A DNA stretch of 63,045 bases, the filler included, from Octopus bimaculoides (taxonomy: Eukaryota), in NCBI RefSeq assembly GCF_001194135.2. It is 8 parts of 6 records of this genome, joined end to end, with 100 filler letters (N's around TTAATTAATTAA, not from the genome) between each part and the next. Parts side by side here need not be neighbours in the genome. Positions count along the whole stretch, not along the records: positions 24,383 to 52,674 come from NC_068994.1; 7 more parts are not named here. The stretch is one strand, 5' to 3'. This document shows, piece after piece, positions 25,197 to 38,431 of the stretch (positions are counted from its first letter, which is position 1; each line of letters opens with the position of its first letter). The notes below the pieces were generated by a model that did not search any database, was not told the DNA's origin, and saw nothing but the letters and a program-made list of their open reading frames with translations. The position numbers were made by a program, and so were the translations under genes.

Positions 25197-26081
25197 GTAT
25201 GATAAATGTCATATATTACATAAAGTTTACAATATCGTTTAGATATCTATATATATGAGGACACNNNNNNNNNNNNNNNNNNNNNNNNNNNNNNNNNNNN
25301 NNNNNNNNNNNNNNNNNNNNNNNNNNNNNNNNNNNNNNNNNNNNNNNNNNNNNNNNNNNNNNNNNNNNNNNNNNNNNNNNNNNNNNNNNNNNNNNNNNNN
25401 NNNNNNNNNNNNNNNNNNNNNNNNNNNNNNNNNNNNNNNNNNNNNNNNNNNNNNNNNNNNNNNNNNNNNNNNNNNNNNNNNNNNNNNNNNNNNNNNNNNN
25501 NNNNNNNNNNNNNNNNNNNNNNNNNNNNNNNNNNNNNNNNNNNNNNNNNNNNNNNNNNNNNNNNNNNNNNNNNNNNNNNNNNNNNNNNNNNNNNNNNNNN
25601 NNNNNNNNNNNNNNNNNNNNNNNNNNNNNNNNNNNNNNNNNNNNNNNNNNNNNNNNNNNNNNNNNNNNNNNNNNNNNNNNNNNNNNNNNNNNNNNNNNNN
25701 NNNNNNNNNNNNNNNNNNNNNNNNNNNNNNNNNNNNNNNNNNNNNNNNNNNNNNNNNNNNNNNNNNNNNNNNNNNNNNNNNNNNNNNNNNNNNNNNNNNN
25801 NNNNNNNNNNNNNNNNNNNNNNNNNNNNNNNNNNNNNNNNNNNNNNNNNNNNNNNNNNNNNNNNNNNNNNNNNNAAATTCTCAGGAGAGAAAAAAAAAAG
25901 AGAAGAAAGTAACAACTAGAAATGTAGTATGCTACGTACTAACCTTTTGAAATTGTGACCTAAATTAGAACAACCGTATGCTATTTTCGATGTTCTATTA
26001 TCGATAACTTTTCAGGAAAGAGTATAAAAATGTATTTTTAAAAATGGCTTCGGTAAAGCAAAAACAATTTTTTCTATGACA

Positions 26082-26310
26082 TTACTCTTTTACTTGTTTC
26101 AGTCATTTGACTGCGGCCATGCTGGAGCACCGCCTTTAGTCGAGCAAATCGACCCCGGGACTTATTCTTTGTAAGCCTAGTACTTATTCTATCGGTCTAT
26201 TTTGCCGAACCGCTATGTGACGGGGACATAAACACACCATTACGGTTGTCAAGCAATGCTAGGGGGACAAACACAGACACACAAACACATACACACACAC
26301 ATATATATAC
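26082..26310 (-). mobile_element. SINE family A, 3' half
   Basis: Close match to 2618-2830 and to the reverse complement of 29050-29277. Confidence 0.9.
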
Positions 26311-27499
26311 ATATATTCTATCCATTTTTTTAAAGGCGGGAATTTTAGTTGCTAGGTCTCGCAGATCAACCGACCGTGTAGAGGGTCTTTAATTGTTGCT
26401 GTTTAGTCTACATGTACTCTAATGAAGCAGACTATGACAAAACGCGTTCCATCTGTGACCGTCCCGTCTTTTTAGATATTAGGAACGTCATTGTTCAATC
26501 CTTCGCATCCGTGCGTGCAGATACACATGTATATGTATATAAGTATGTATTATATATATATATATNNNNNNNNNNNNNNNNNNNNNNNNNNNNNNNNNNN
26601 NNNNNNNNNNNNNNNNNNNNNNNNNNNNNNNNNNNNNNNNNNNNNNNNNNNNNNNNNNNNNNNNNNNNNNNNNNNNNNNNNNNNNNNNNNNNNNNNNNNN
26701 NNNNNNNNNNNNNNNNNNNNNNNNNNNNNNNNNNNNNNNNNNNNNNNNNNNNNNNNNNNNNNNNNNNNNNNNNNNNNNNNNNNNNNNNNNNNNNNNNNNN
26801 NNNNNNNNNNNNNNNNNNNNNNNNNNNNNNNNNNNNNNNNNNNNNNNNNNNNNNNNNNNNNNNNNNNNNNNNNNNNNNNNNNNNNNNNNNNNNNNNNNNN
26901 NNNNNNNNNNNNNNNNNNNNNNNNNNNNNNNNNNNNNNNNNNNNNNNNNNNNNNNNNNNNNNNNNNNNNNNNNNNNNNNNNNNNNNNNNNNNNNNNNNNN
27001 NNNNNNNNNNNNNNNNNNNNNNNNNNNNNNNNNNNNNNNNNNNNNNNNNNNNNNNNNNNNNNNNNNNNNNNNNNNNNNNNNNNNNNNNNNNNNNNNNNNN
27101 NNNNNNNNNNNNNNNNNNNNNNNNNNNNNNNNNNNNNNNNNNNNNNNNNNNNNNNNNNNNNNNNNNNNNNNNNNNNNNNNNNNNNNNNNNNNNNNNNNNN
27201 NNNNNNNNNNNNNNNNNNNNNNNNNNNNNNNNNNNNNNNNNNNNNNNNNNNNTATATATATATATATATGTATGCATGTATGCTTGTATGTATGTATGCT
27301 TGAACGTATGTTTACATATATGTATCTATCTGTCTTCGCTTTGTCCATTCCTCTAGCTTTTCCAACGCTTCCTCTCAGACTCTTTCTTCCAAGCCTCCCT
27401 ATATTTCACTGTCTACCTGCCTGACTGCCTGTCTCGATTACTGTTAACTACATTCTATTTTCATCTCCTCTCCTACCTGTCTATTGACATAATCCTTTA

Positions 27500-27543
<44 letters not shown>

Positions 27544-28099
27544 ATACTTTCTTTTCTTTTCTTCATTTTCAACTCTCCCAGCGCAGTCACGGTTCTCTCT
27601 TTCCGCATTCCTAAAACATGACAAAAAGAGAAACCAGGAGATGCAAAAACGAATATACCACTCGATGCAGCATATATTGAAATGTTTTTGATTCTTTTAT
27701 TTTGTATTTTTACCGGACATATTGTGTTTCTACCCTGCAGAAGTTCGAATAACTATGTGCTCAAGTGATACCTTCGTCAGCATTCTTGCAAAGAGAATCG
27801 TAAGAGTGTGTTGCAGTTCGTATACATCGGAGAGCAGAAACTGGTGATGTACAGAAACGACTCGAATATTAGAAACAGAAATGCATTAAATTTGCTATAT
27901 AAAAGCAAACTTATGAGACTACTGTAATTACTGGTATTAAACATGAAAGTGAACGTACGAGAATGAGCTGTTATAAAAAACAAATTACATGATTAAAATA
28001 CTTTCAAGCTGTGATGAAAATACGTTTCTCTGTAGAAAAGGATAAGCGACAGAACTTACGGCAGTTTTAGAACGATTATACATATGTATAATGGATGCT

Positions 28100-28192
<93 letters not shown>

Positions 28193-28351
28193 ATTAATAA
28201 AAATTTCGGGCCTTGTGCCTTGAGTATTGATCAAATTAAATTAAAATTAAAATCAACATTCATAGTTTACTTTCCCTTTTCCTGCAAGAGCACGTGATAG
28301 TATCCTTTGGTTCTGGTAGATTGACAAGTTCAACTGACTGTGACCTCAAAT

Positions 28352-28390
<39 letters not shown>

Positions 28391-28857
28391 CTGTTTTCGT
28401 AAATTAAATAGTATGGTCAAGACTTGTTTCCTAGGAGTGGCTGTAGCTGTCGAAGAACTAGTAGCAGTAATAATAATAGTCGTCGTGGTGAAGTTGTTTC
28501 TCCTGGGGTTTTAATAGAAATCGGGTTCTTCGACCCCTTGTCTTTATTTCTTATGAATAACTTGCATATCCATATATCCATATATATATACATACACAAA
28601 CACACATATATATATATGCCAGAACCAACGGATATTATCACGAGCTCTTGCTGGAAAAAGGAAAGGAAACTATGAATGTTAATCTTAATTTTAATTTTCA
28701 TTAAATTTTATTAATAGCTCTTTTCTCTTTACAAATCTCATTTTGTACATATGTTTGATAAGGTTTTTCAAAAACCGAAACATGTAAAAGGAAAATTAAA
28801 ATGTACCCAATTTTAAGAAAGTAGCAATTTTGTTCTTGTTTTACATAAATATAAATA

Positions 28858-28994
28858 TGGCTTGCTTACCAACCACATTGTTTCGGGTTCATTCCCACTG
28901 CGTGGCACCTTGGGCAAGTGTCTTCTACTATAGCCTCGGGCCGACCAATGCCTTGTGAGTGGATTTGGTAGACGGAAACTGAAGGAAGTCTGTC

Positions 28995-29048
<54 letters not shown>

Positions 29049-29277
29049 ATATGTTTGTGTGTGTATATGTTTGTGTGTCTGTGTTTGTCCCCCCCACCGT
29101 CGCTTGACAACCGATGCTGATGTGTTCACGTCCCCCGTAACTTAGCGGTTCGGCATAAGAGACTGATAGAATAAGTACTAGGCTTACAAAGAATAAGTCC
29201 TGGGGTCGATTTGCTCGACTAAAGGCGGTGCTTCAGCATGGCCGCAGTCAAATGACTGAAACAAGTAAAAGAGTAAA
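28858..29277 (+). mobile_element. SINE family A, nearly full length (5' end clipped)
   Basis: GGGTTCATTCCC B box, internal (TA)n(TG)n, tail GAAACAAGTAAAAGAGTAAA. Confidence 0.92.
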
Positions 29278-29289
29278 TATGAACAGCCT

Positions 29290-29545
29290 ATGCGTTTAGA
29301 AAGGTGCAAGAGAATGAAACATTTATGGACCATTTATAAAGAGCTTGCAAATCCTGGGCCTGAGATACACTTTTAGCTTCATGCCTATTATTATTGGAGT
29401 AACAGGATACATACCAAACTACCTGAAGTAAAGTATGGCTCAACTTGGAACATTGGGGAGAGAACGCAAATCCTTAATACTGCAAATGATCACGATATAT
29501 GGAAGTATAAAAATCAACAGGACCCCCTTAAAATTTAAAGGGTGA
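29290..29545 (+). mobile_element. RLE-type non-LTR retrotransposon extreme 3' fragment
   Basis: YGPFIKSLQILGLRYTFSFMPIIIGVTGYIP..QLG..LILQMITIYGSIKI; homologous to 30090-30250. Confidence 0.65.
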
Positions 29546-29632
29546 TGAACAAAGCAGGATGCTTTCTTTCACAACATTGCTACTAAGTAGGTGGCCGGTA
29601 AAAATTTATTCTAAATCAATAAGAGAAAGAAT

Positions 29633-29675
<43 letters not shown>

Positions 29676-30089
29676 CATACATTCATACCTACATACATTC
29701 ATACATATATATATATACACACGCACATACATATATACATACATTCATACCTACATACATTCATACATATATATACACACACACATGTACAGTCAGCCAG
29801 CCAGCCAGCCAGCCATCTAGACAGGCAGACAGACGGGCTTATCACACAGACTAACTGAAAACAGGAAGCAGACGAGAATATTAAATATATATGTAATGCA
29901 ATATATAAATGCTTGCCAAGTCCCCCAGGAGATTGTAAAGGGCGTGTAATTAGTTTCTCTATTATGTTAAATAGATGAGAGATAAACCTCTACCTGTAGA
30001 GGTAATGCTTTATCTCTCATCTATGTGGCCTATATATGAAAAAAGAATAAAACAAACAACATACATACATACATACATACATACATACA

Positions 30090-30250
30090 TAAATGGGGCA
30101 CTGGGATATGTAACACACTGGTCAAATACCAATCTTGAGAAATTAGGCTTCTCAAAACCAGAGACGAGGAAGCTAATTCGAAGACTACAGATCCAATCCA
30201 TCACTGGAACTGTAAAAATCTGTAAAACATTCCAGAAGTTTATCATTTAA
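30090..30250 (+). mobile_element. RLE-type non-LTR retrotransposon extreme 3' fragment
   Basis: GALGYVTHWSNTNLEKLGFSKPETRKLIRRLQIQSITGTVKICKTFQKFII*. Confidence 0.75.
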
Positions 30251-30364
30251 GGCAGCGCGCAGTGGAATTGGACGTCGAAACCATGGGGTTGCAAAACGTG
30301 CTCCTTAACCCCAGAGCCATGCCCAGCGTGTAACAGTAATTTCATCTTTACACACACACACACA

Positions 30365-30410
<46 letters not shown>

Positions 30411-30816
30411 TACACACGCATACAGACAACGAGCTTCTTTTNNNNNNNNNNNNNNNNNNNNNNNNNNNNNNNNNNNNNNNNNNNNNNNNNNNNNNNNNNN
30501 NNNNNNNNNNNNNNNNNNNNNNNNNNNNNNNNNNNNNNNNNNNNNNNNNNNNNNNNNNNNNNNNNNNNNNNNNNNNNNNNNNNNNNNNNNNNNNNNNNNN
30601 NNNNNNNNNNNNNNNNNNNNNNNNNNNNNNNNNNNNNNNNNNNNNNNNNNNNNNNNNNNNNNNNNNNNNNNNNNNNNNNNNNNNTATATATAATTGTATA
30701 TATAGATAAAACTTACTTGGAAGAGGATGAGTGGCATTCAATCATATAATAATATAAATAATATATATATATATGCATATATACATACGTATATGTACAT
30801 ACTTACATCTATACAA

Positions 30817-30870
<54 letters not shown>

Positions 30871-30871
30871 A

Positions 30872-31140
30872 CAGGGCGTCATGAAACGTGTACAACAAAA
30901 ATGTACGAAGCACGAACACATGGAACATGAACTATTCTTTCGAATAACGAAAGACACAAATGGAAAACAAAACAAATATAAAGAACGACTCTTCATCAGT
31001 TGTTGGCTGTTTTTCTAGTCTCGTGTTTCGAGCATTTAACAACAATATACGCTTTCGATAAAACAGTTGCTCCCGCAAAGCAAATTAAATAAAATTTGGG
31101 ATTTTGCGGAGGCTCAAAATAGGTAACACAAAAAGTATGT
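30872..31140 (-). mobile_element. Repeat family C (GAAAC...CTGATGAAG-bearing), minus copy
   Basis: Aligns by eye to the reverse complement of 53320-53435 (CTTCATCAG, ACGAACACAT, GTTTCGA). Confidence 0.6.
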
Positions 31141-31159
31141 ACATATATGTATGTATATA

Positions 31160-31330
31160 TGCATATATTCTGTTATTCATTTTGCCCACGTTTTCTTGTG
31201 ACGTCCTGTACCCAGATATGCATCTATATTTACATGTAGATGTAGGTATGTACATACATGTACGTATATATGCATGTACTCACATATTGTTTGTATTATT
31301 ACATGATCGAACGCACGCGTCATCTTTGCA
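31160..31330 (+). mobile_element. Repeat family C, 3' part
   Basis: GACGTCCTGTACCCAGATATGCATCTATATTTACATGTAGATGTAGGTATGTAC, shared with 38900 and 53427. Confidence 0.75.
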
Positions 31331-31379
31331 AGTAAGTTTTAACTTTATATTTCTGACGCGACTATCTGGTGGAGGTGCG

Positions 31380-31620
31380 AGTCTTAAGGCCCACAAGGGT
31401 GGAGCTCATTCCAGTTTCCGAGTTTCTTCATCCACCTGGATGGGTCACCGGTCTGTGGCAGATTAACTTTCCAACTTTTGTTGGAGCTCATTGACATTTG
31501 AGAGGACTGGAGGAGCTACGTGAAGTGATGTGTTTTGCTCAAGAACACATCGCTCCGTTCAATATGGAAATCGAAAGCACGATCTTAAAACCATGAATGC
31601 AAACATCCTAAACACTAGTT
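31380..31620 (-). mobile_element. Third SINE-like family, decayed
   Basis: GTGTTTTGCTCAAGAACAC core and GGAAATCGAAAGCACGATC B-box-like head; related to 49330-49500. Confidence 0.55.
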
Positions 31621-31941
31621 CACGGAAGGCGAGGGGTGGAAAGCCAAAAAAATTTCAATAATTTCTTTTTTTATTTTGGTGGAGCCAAGTCTGGTATTCA
31701 TCAACTTTTGAATTGCTAGACTAAGATACAAACATTGAAGATTACATTGGTATGTTGTAAATTCATTAAAACTATTTAAATTAATTAATTATGAGTGTAA
31801 GTACTCTGTTCTACATACAAACCTTCCATTCATCTGAAATACTCAGCAGAAATATTTGACTTAACATTAACCATCAAGTGATCGGTATTCTGAATGCATT
31901 TTGTACTTCTAATTGCTATCTCTATTTAGATCAACTGTGAT

Positions 31942-32145
31942 CTGGCAGAATCGTTATCGCGCCAGAAAAACCGCTTACCGGTATTTTCTCGGCTCTTTAC
32001 GTACTGTTTTCTGAGTTCAAATTCTTGCAAGGTCGACTTTTCCTTTCGGTGGTCGATAAGATAAGTATCTGTTGAGCACTGGGGTCGATGCAATCAACTT
32101 CACCCGTCTCTCAGAAATGGCTGGCCTTGTGCCAAAAATCAGAAA
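31942..32145 (+). mobile_element. SINE family B (tail type 2), diverged
   Basis: CTGGCAGAATCGTT, GAGTTCAAATTC, ACTGGGGTCGAT, GGCCTTGTGCCAAAA. Confidence 0.8.
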
Positions 32146-32304
32146 AAAAACAACTTTTCATATTTACTCACATCGGCAGTGTTGCGTCAAACAAACGCAT
32201 GTACACTCACGCACATGTATGTATATGTACATATATGTGTATGCGGATATGTCTACATTTATATATATATATTACAATTAAATTGTAATAATTGTAATAA
32301 TTAA

Positions 32305-32678
32305 ATTGTAATAATTATTCACTCCCTGATAGTAAACCGCAAATTTTCTGCGGTATTGCTTGTGACGCACATGGTAATTTCTTGAGGAGAAATAGTGGAC
32401 TGGCTGGCCTATGTAGGTTCGGAGGTGTTTTCAGGTTGTGCCAATGCATGATGTTCACTCTGTCATGCTTGCACAATTTGCTAGCACCGTCGAATTTACA
32501 ACTAGAATATCATACCGAAGAGGAAATGGAGTGTTATCGCTCCTAAGCCAGAAACGCGTCTATGATTAGCTTCGACTGGTTAGTTTTCATTGTTTTTTCT
32601 TCTTGTTTTGCCTTTGTGAGTTACAAGTAATGCTATCTGTTGGAGTCTCAGCTTTTTAGCTGCTATTTCTGAACTTCG
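32305..32678 (+). mobile_element. HHR-bearing ~385-bp repeat (Penelope pLTR / retrozyme-like), copy 1
   Basis: Collinear with 60072-60373 from TGTAATAATTATTCACTCCC onward; HHR motif at 32509-32566; runs into a gap. Confidence 0.7.
32509..32566 (+). ncRNA. Type I hammerhead motif, U4->C variant
   Basis: AUCAUA / CCGAAGA / GG..GGAG-UGUUAUCG-CUCC..CC / A / GAAACGCGUC / UAUGAU. Confidence 0.6.
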
Positions 32679-33081
32679 NNNNNNNNNNNNNNNNNNNNNN
32701 NNNNNNNNNNNNNNNNNNNNNNNNNNNNNNNNNNNNNNNNNNNNNNNNNNNNNNNNNNNNNNNNNNNNNNNNNNNNNNNNNNNNNNNNNNNNNNNNNNNN
32801 NNNNNNNNNNNNNNNNNNNNNNNNNNNNNNNNNNNNNNNNNNNNNNNNNNNNNNNNNNNNNNNNNNNNNNNNNNNNNNNNNNNNNNNNNNNNNNNNNNNN
32901 NNNNNNNNNNNNNNNNNNNNNNNNNNNNNNNNNNNNNNNNNNNNNNNNNNNNNNNNNNNNNNNNNNNNNNNNNNGTGTGTGTGTGTGTGTATGTGTGTGT
33001 ATGTGGCTATATGTATATGTATGTAGGTATATATACGTATGTTCACATATATATATGTAGACATACATACATACATACACA

Positions 33082-33157
<76 letters not shown>

Positions 33158-33335
33158 ATTATGTTGGCACGAATACAACGAACATATTACTCTCTCGCTC
33201 TCTCTCTATATATATGCATTTTATGTATGTGTGTGTGTGTGTGGACTGTATTTACATGATGTCTTTTCCACTAATAATTATTACATAGCTACAACTATCA
33301 AACATACGTTATGTTATTCTGCGTTAAAATGCATA

Positions 33336-33620
33336 CAGGGTATTCGAAATAAATATGGCGATTTTTTTTTTATATCTCAGCCTTATTTTTTCAGGAGCTG
33401 CTTAATGTATTGATAAACAGTTAACGGCATTGGAGAATATAAAGATTAAAGTTGTAGTTGAGAAAAAGTCAGCTGACATGGAGGACTGGAAGCTATCTGA
33501 ATATTGGAAAAGGGTTACGCGTATTATGATGCTTCGTGCCATGTATCAAAATGGCGACATCATGACTGCTGCTCAATGCTCTGTGAATACTGCTAAGGCT
33601 GTAAGACAGCTGATATACTT
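33336..33620 (+). mobile_element. Tc1/mariner-like 5' remnant (TIR + N-terminal HTH)
   Basis: TA|CAGGGTATTCG start; peptide MEDWKLSEYWKRVTRIMMLRAMYQNGDIMTAAQCSVNTAKAVR has an HTH-like pattern. Confidence 0.45.
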
Positions 33621-33791
33621 CTCAATACACGTTATCTTATTTGACGCTAATTTACACTGTTAACTAGCACAACCGCCATTATCTGACAAATGTGGTTGTT
33701 GCTATGTACTTAAGAGTCTGAACATGTTTCAATCGCATTTTATTTTCCGTTTAACATTTTATATATATTTTTTTTTATATAATCTATACTT

Positions 33792-34006
33792 AGGCGGCGA
33801 GCTAGCAGAATCGTTACCGCGCCGGGTAAAATGCTTAGCGGCATTCCGTCTGTCTTGAAATTTCTGAGTTCAAATTCCACAGGGGTCGACTCAACCTTTC
33901 ATCCTCTCAGGATCGATAAAATAAGTACCAGTAAAACATTGGGGTCGATGTAATCGAGTTACCCCCTTCTCTGAACTTGCTGGCCTTGTTCCAAAATTTG
34001 AAATCT
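33792..34006 (+). mobile_element. SINE family B (tail type 2), full length
   Basis: AGGCGGCGAGCTAGCAGAATCG, GAGTTCAAATTCC, CCTTTCATCCTCTCAGGATCGATAAAATAAGTACCAG, GGCCTTGTTCCAAAATTTGAAA. Confidence 0.88.
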
Positions 34007-34360
34007 ATATAATCTGTACCCCACCTAACATACAATTTGGTGAAAAGAATATACACTTAATCACAAAATAATTTAGTAAAATACGAAAATTTATTAGTAA
34101 AAACACGCACAAAACACATCAAAAACACCAACTTTTCTTGTAATTTAGCTTTCTAGGATCACTAAAATAAAATAGATGTACAACACTGGTGCTCTTGACC
34201 CTGATAGTCTGGAACTTCTTATAATCCGCTTTAATCTACGAGCAGGAACTTGAAATTCTTGCGCCCGCCAGATTAGTTTACTGGTTCCTTGCACAGCAGA
34301 CTATTAATACACTTGTACCATTTATTACTAACGTACAAATACATGTCTTTCACTAAATTC

Positions 34361-34740
34361 TTTCTTTTATTCTTTTACGTGTGTCAGTCTTTTGCCTACG
34401 GCCATGCTGGAGCACTGCCTTGAAGGGTTTTAGTTGAAGAAATCGACTGCGGGACTTATTTCAAGCCTAGTACGTATACTAAGTTAAGGGGACGTAAAAC
34501 ATACCAACACCAGTTGTCAAGCGGTGATAGGGGGACAAATACATACACACACACACGTACATACATACATACATACATACAAAACAGACTTCTTTCAGTT
34601 TCCGTCTATCAAATCCACTCACAAGGATTTCGACGGCCCGAGTCTATAGCAGGAGACACTTCCTCACGGTGCCACGCAATGGGACTGAACTCGGAACTAT
34701 GTGGTTGGGAAGCGAGCTTCTTACCACACAGCCACGCCTA
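34361..34740 (-). mobile_element. SINE family A, diverged, internally deleted
   Basis: Tail, GGCCATGCTGGAGCAC, GGGACTGAAC B box and CCACACAGCCAC head all present. Confidence 0.88.
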
Positions 34741-34822
34741 TGAATTTAATATTTGTGTCATTTAGAGTAGGTTGAATAAAGTGACCACTCCTGGTTCGGA
34801 AAAATCAGTAATTCAGAAAGCA

Positions 34823-35190
34823 TTAGGGTGTTCGGAAAATACTGTCCGATTTTTCGAAAACATTTTTTCAAATTCAATTTAAGACTTATTTTTATTGTGT
34901 TTTAGACGAAATTTTACATGCTTAATAATTGATGTGTACTCTAATAAATTGTTATTGATTTCTTTCAGAATATAATTTTGAAGCGGAGAAATCCTTAATT
35001 TCAAACATGAAAAAAGAAGAAATATGTTTACTTTTTTTTGCACGAATTCAAGCTTGGACGTACTGCTTCCCAAACAGCTGCCAATATCAACAGAACATGA
35101 GGTGAAAGGTCCACTAGAGATCGGACGGTACGTCGGTGGTTTTGAGAGATTCCGTGGTAGGGATGACAGTCTTGAAGATCAATATTTGGA
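34823..35190 (+). mobile_element. mariner 5' remnant (TIR + transposase N-terminal HTH)
   Basis: TTAGGGTGTTCGGAAAATACTGTCCG TIR-like start; ATG at 35007 gives MKKEEICLLFLHEFKLGRTASQTAANINRT*..(frameshift)..RDRTVRR/ERFRGRDDSLEDQ. Confidence 0.8.
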
Positions 35191-35379
35191 ATCAAAGGTT
35201 CCGGAAAATCGATGTTGGACCAGCGCCCGTGAAAAGCTGTGGGCGGTTTAATATAGAGTCTTTAAAACCCTTTTTTAAGAAGAGTAAATTGTGATTTGAG
35301 AAAGATTTAGCTGCTGCTTCTCGCAGACTGACCGACTACATTGTATAATGGTACACACGTTGGTTGTGGATAACATGGC

Positions 35380-35553
35380 GGCTTAGCGTTATTTCTTTAA
35401 GCTCAACGTTCTGTGTTCAAATCCCATCGAGGTCAACTTTGCCATTCATCCTTTCAGTGTCGATAAATAAAAATACCAGTTAAGTACTGGGGTCGATATA
35501 ACCAATTAACACGTTCTCCTCAAAAGTTCTGGCCCTGTGTCAAAATTTGAAGT
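35380..35553 (+). mobile_element. SINE family B (tail type 2), diverged
   Basis: GTTCAAATCCC, GGTCAACTTTGCCATTCATCCTTTC, ACTGGGGTCGAT, GGCCCTGTGTCAAAATTTGAA. Confidence 0.78.
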
Positions 35554-35793
35554 CGCTTTTAGCGGTGAAGGGAGTGGTTTTGTTACTTATTGTTACGTGT
35601 TGGTGTAGGTAATAGTAGTAGTAGTAGTAGTAGTAGTAGAAATACTACTACTATTTCTAGTAATACTACTAAGTAGTGGTAGTAGTAGTGTCTCACGGGA
35701 TCTAGGTTAGAAACCGGTTCTTTCTCCATTCGTAAGAAATATAGAAATAAAACTAAACAGCACACTCACACACACAAACACACNNNNNNNNNN

Positions 35794-35849
<56 letters not shown>

Positions 35850-36664
35850 GAGAAAGGAGAAAATGAAAAAATTGAAAAAAATATTATAGCCATTTGCAGA
35901 TATACGTGAAGAAAAAAAAAAAAGAAAGCTATGTGTTGGCTGTTTCGATATCAATTTGTCAATCAACGAACACAACACATCTTACACACAGGGAGTAAGG
36001 CAATGTCAGTATTGAACTGTAGAGAAATACCACATACAACGGAAATAAATAGATTCTTAAACGGAAAAAGACACAACTATAAACAAAATTTGATACAAAA
36101 CAGATTCAATCCGGCAAATCATTGAAGAATTTGATTTATTTACAAGATGTAAAGAATACAGTCAATTGGAATATTAATACATACCGTCACGCAGCACTGA
36201 ACGCTAAAGATAATTCAATTCAGTCAAAAACATTTTACCGGTTGGCTCTCAATCATACGGCTTACTCTGCGTTAAACTCTGTAGAATTTAGCAAACGCTG
36301 CACACACAGCACAAATCCAACTTTGCAACCACAGCACACAACAGCCCCACCCCGACGTTAAAACTGTGCCACGTGGAATTCCAGACCAAATACTGCAACC
36401 AAGCCTCAAGCCACGGTTTTGGGACGGATTAGTGATAGTCGAGTAAGGTTGCAATTCTGGTGGCATTGTATGGTTATTGTGGAACTGATGGAATGTAGTG
36501 GTGGGCATGGTAGTAGTACTGTTGGTTGCTGCTGTTTAACTCCAAGACAATCTCAGTCAAGGGTTGTATTCCAGATGTGACAATCCTATCGTTTTCTTTT
36601 AGGAATATGCAGCACTACATTGTCTAATTTGGCCTTCAATTACTTTGTAAGGTAACAAGTGATT

Positions 36665-36852
36665 TCTTTTTATAAGGAAGTCCCAAACAAGTCAAGAAAC
36701 CACTTAAAGTACGGGACTATAAAAAAAGGGAAACTAAGATGAAAGGAATGAATTTACTTTAGACTTGAAAGAGTTCAGGTCATAAGAAGGAGGAAAACAA
36801 TGAGATGGAAGAGAGTTCCAAAGTCTAGCGGATCGAGGGAAACAAACGATAA
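36665..36852 (-). mobile_element. CR1/L2-group LINE 3' end
   Basis: Minus-strand FPRSARLWNSLPSHCFPPSYDLNSFKSKVNSFLSS*, then a short 3' UTR. Confidence 0.8.
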
Positions 36853-36856
36853 CTAA

Positions 36857-37047
36857 AATTTTTTGGGAGGTGGGGGTCAGTCGATTAGATCGACCCCAGT
36901 ACGTAACTGGTACTTAATTTATCGACCGAGAAAGGATGAAAGGCAAAGTCAACCTCGGCGGAATTTGAACTCAGAACGTAAAGACAGACGAAATACCGCT
37001 TAGCATTTCGCCCGGCGTGCTAACGATTCGGCCAGCTCGCCGCCTTA
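36857..37047 (-). mobile_element. SINE family B, well preserved
   Basis: Reverse complement of the head, B box and core of 13856-14094. Confidence 0.92.
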
Positions 37048-37100
37048 ATATAATAACAATAATAATAATAATAATAATAATAATTGTAGTAGTGGTAGTG

Positions 37101-37136
<36 letters not shown>

Positions 37137-38157
37137 AGAGCAGTGATTGTAGGAATGGAGATGGCACTGGTTTCCACGCTTCTTGTTTAAGTGGTGGTAG
37201 TCGTGGTGTGTTGATAGCAATTCTAGTGGAACGGGGTAGTGGTAGTGGTGGTTGTAGTTGTGATGGAAACAATAGTAGCGGTGTAAAAGNNNNNNNNNNN
37301 NNNNNNNNNNNNNNNNNNNNNNNNNNNNNNNNNNNNNNNNNNNNNNNNNNNNNNNNNNNNNNNNNNNNNNNNNNNNNNNNNNNNNNNNNNNNNNNNNNNN
37401 NNNNNNNNNNNNNNNNNNNNNNNNNNNNNNNNNNNNNNNNNNNNNNNNNNNNNNNNNNNNNNNNNNNNNNNNNNNNNNNNNNNNNNNNNNNNNNNNNNNN
37501 NNNNNNNNNNNNNNNNNNNNNNNNNNNNNNNNNNNNNNNNNNNNNNNNNNNNNNNNNNNNNNNNNNNNNNNNNNNNNNNNNNNNNNNNNNNNNNNNNNNN
37601 NNNNNNNNNNNNNNNNNNNNNNNNNNNNNNNNNNNNNNNNNNNNNNNNNNNNNNNNNNNNNNNNNNNNNNNNNNNNNNNNNNNNNNNNNNNNNNNNNNNN
37701 NNNNNNNNNNNNNNNNNNNNNNNNNNNNNNNNNNNNNNNNNNNNNNNNNNNNNNNNNNNNNNNNNNNNNNNNNNNNNNNNNNNNNNNNNNNNNNNNNNNN
37801 NNNNNNNNNNNNNNNNNNNNNNNNNNNNNNNNNNNNNNNNNNNNNNNNNNNNNNNNNNNNNNNNNNNNNNNNNNNNNNNNNNNNNNNNNNNNNNNNNNNN
37901 NNNNNNNNNNNNNNNNNNNNNNNNNNNNNNNNNNNNNNNNNNNNNNNNNNNNNNNNNNNNNNNNNNNNNNNNNNNNNNNNNNNNNNNNNNNNNNNNNNNN
38001 NNNNNNNNNNNNNNNNNNNNNNNNNNNNNNNNNNNNNNNNNNNNNNNNNNNNNNNNNNNNNNNNNNNNNNNNNNNNNNNNNNNNNNNNNNNNNNNNNNNN
38101 NNNNNNNNNNNNNNNNNNNNNNNNNNNNNNATATATACACATATATATACATACATA

Positions 38158-38199
<42 letters not shown>

Positions 38200-38392
38200 T
38201 ATATAAATATATAGGCAACGATGATGATGATGATGAAGTAATAATAATGGTAGTAATAATAATAGTAATAATAAGGATAATGATAGTAGTATTTGCAGTA
38301 GAAGTAATAGTAGTGGTGGATAAAATTAGATCGTTTCCATGCAATACGCACAGATATGTGTGCGTGCGTGCGTGTGTCAGCGTGCGTTTGTG

Positions 38393-38431
<39 letters not shown>

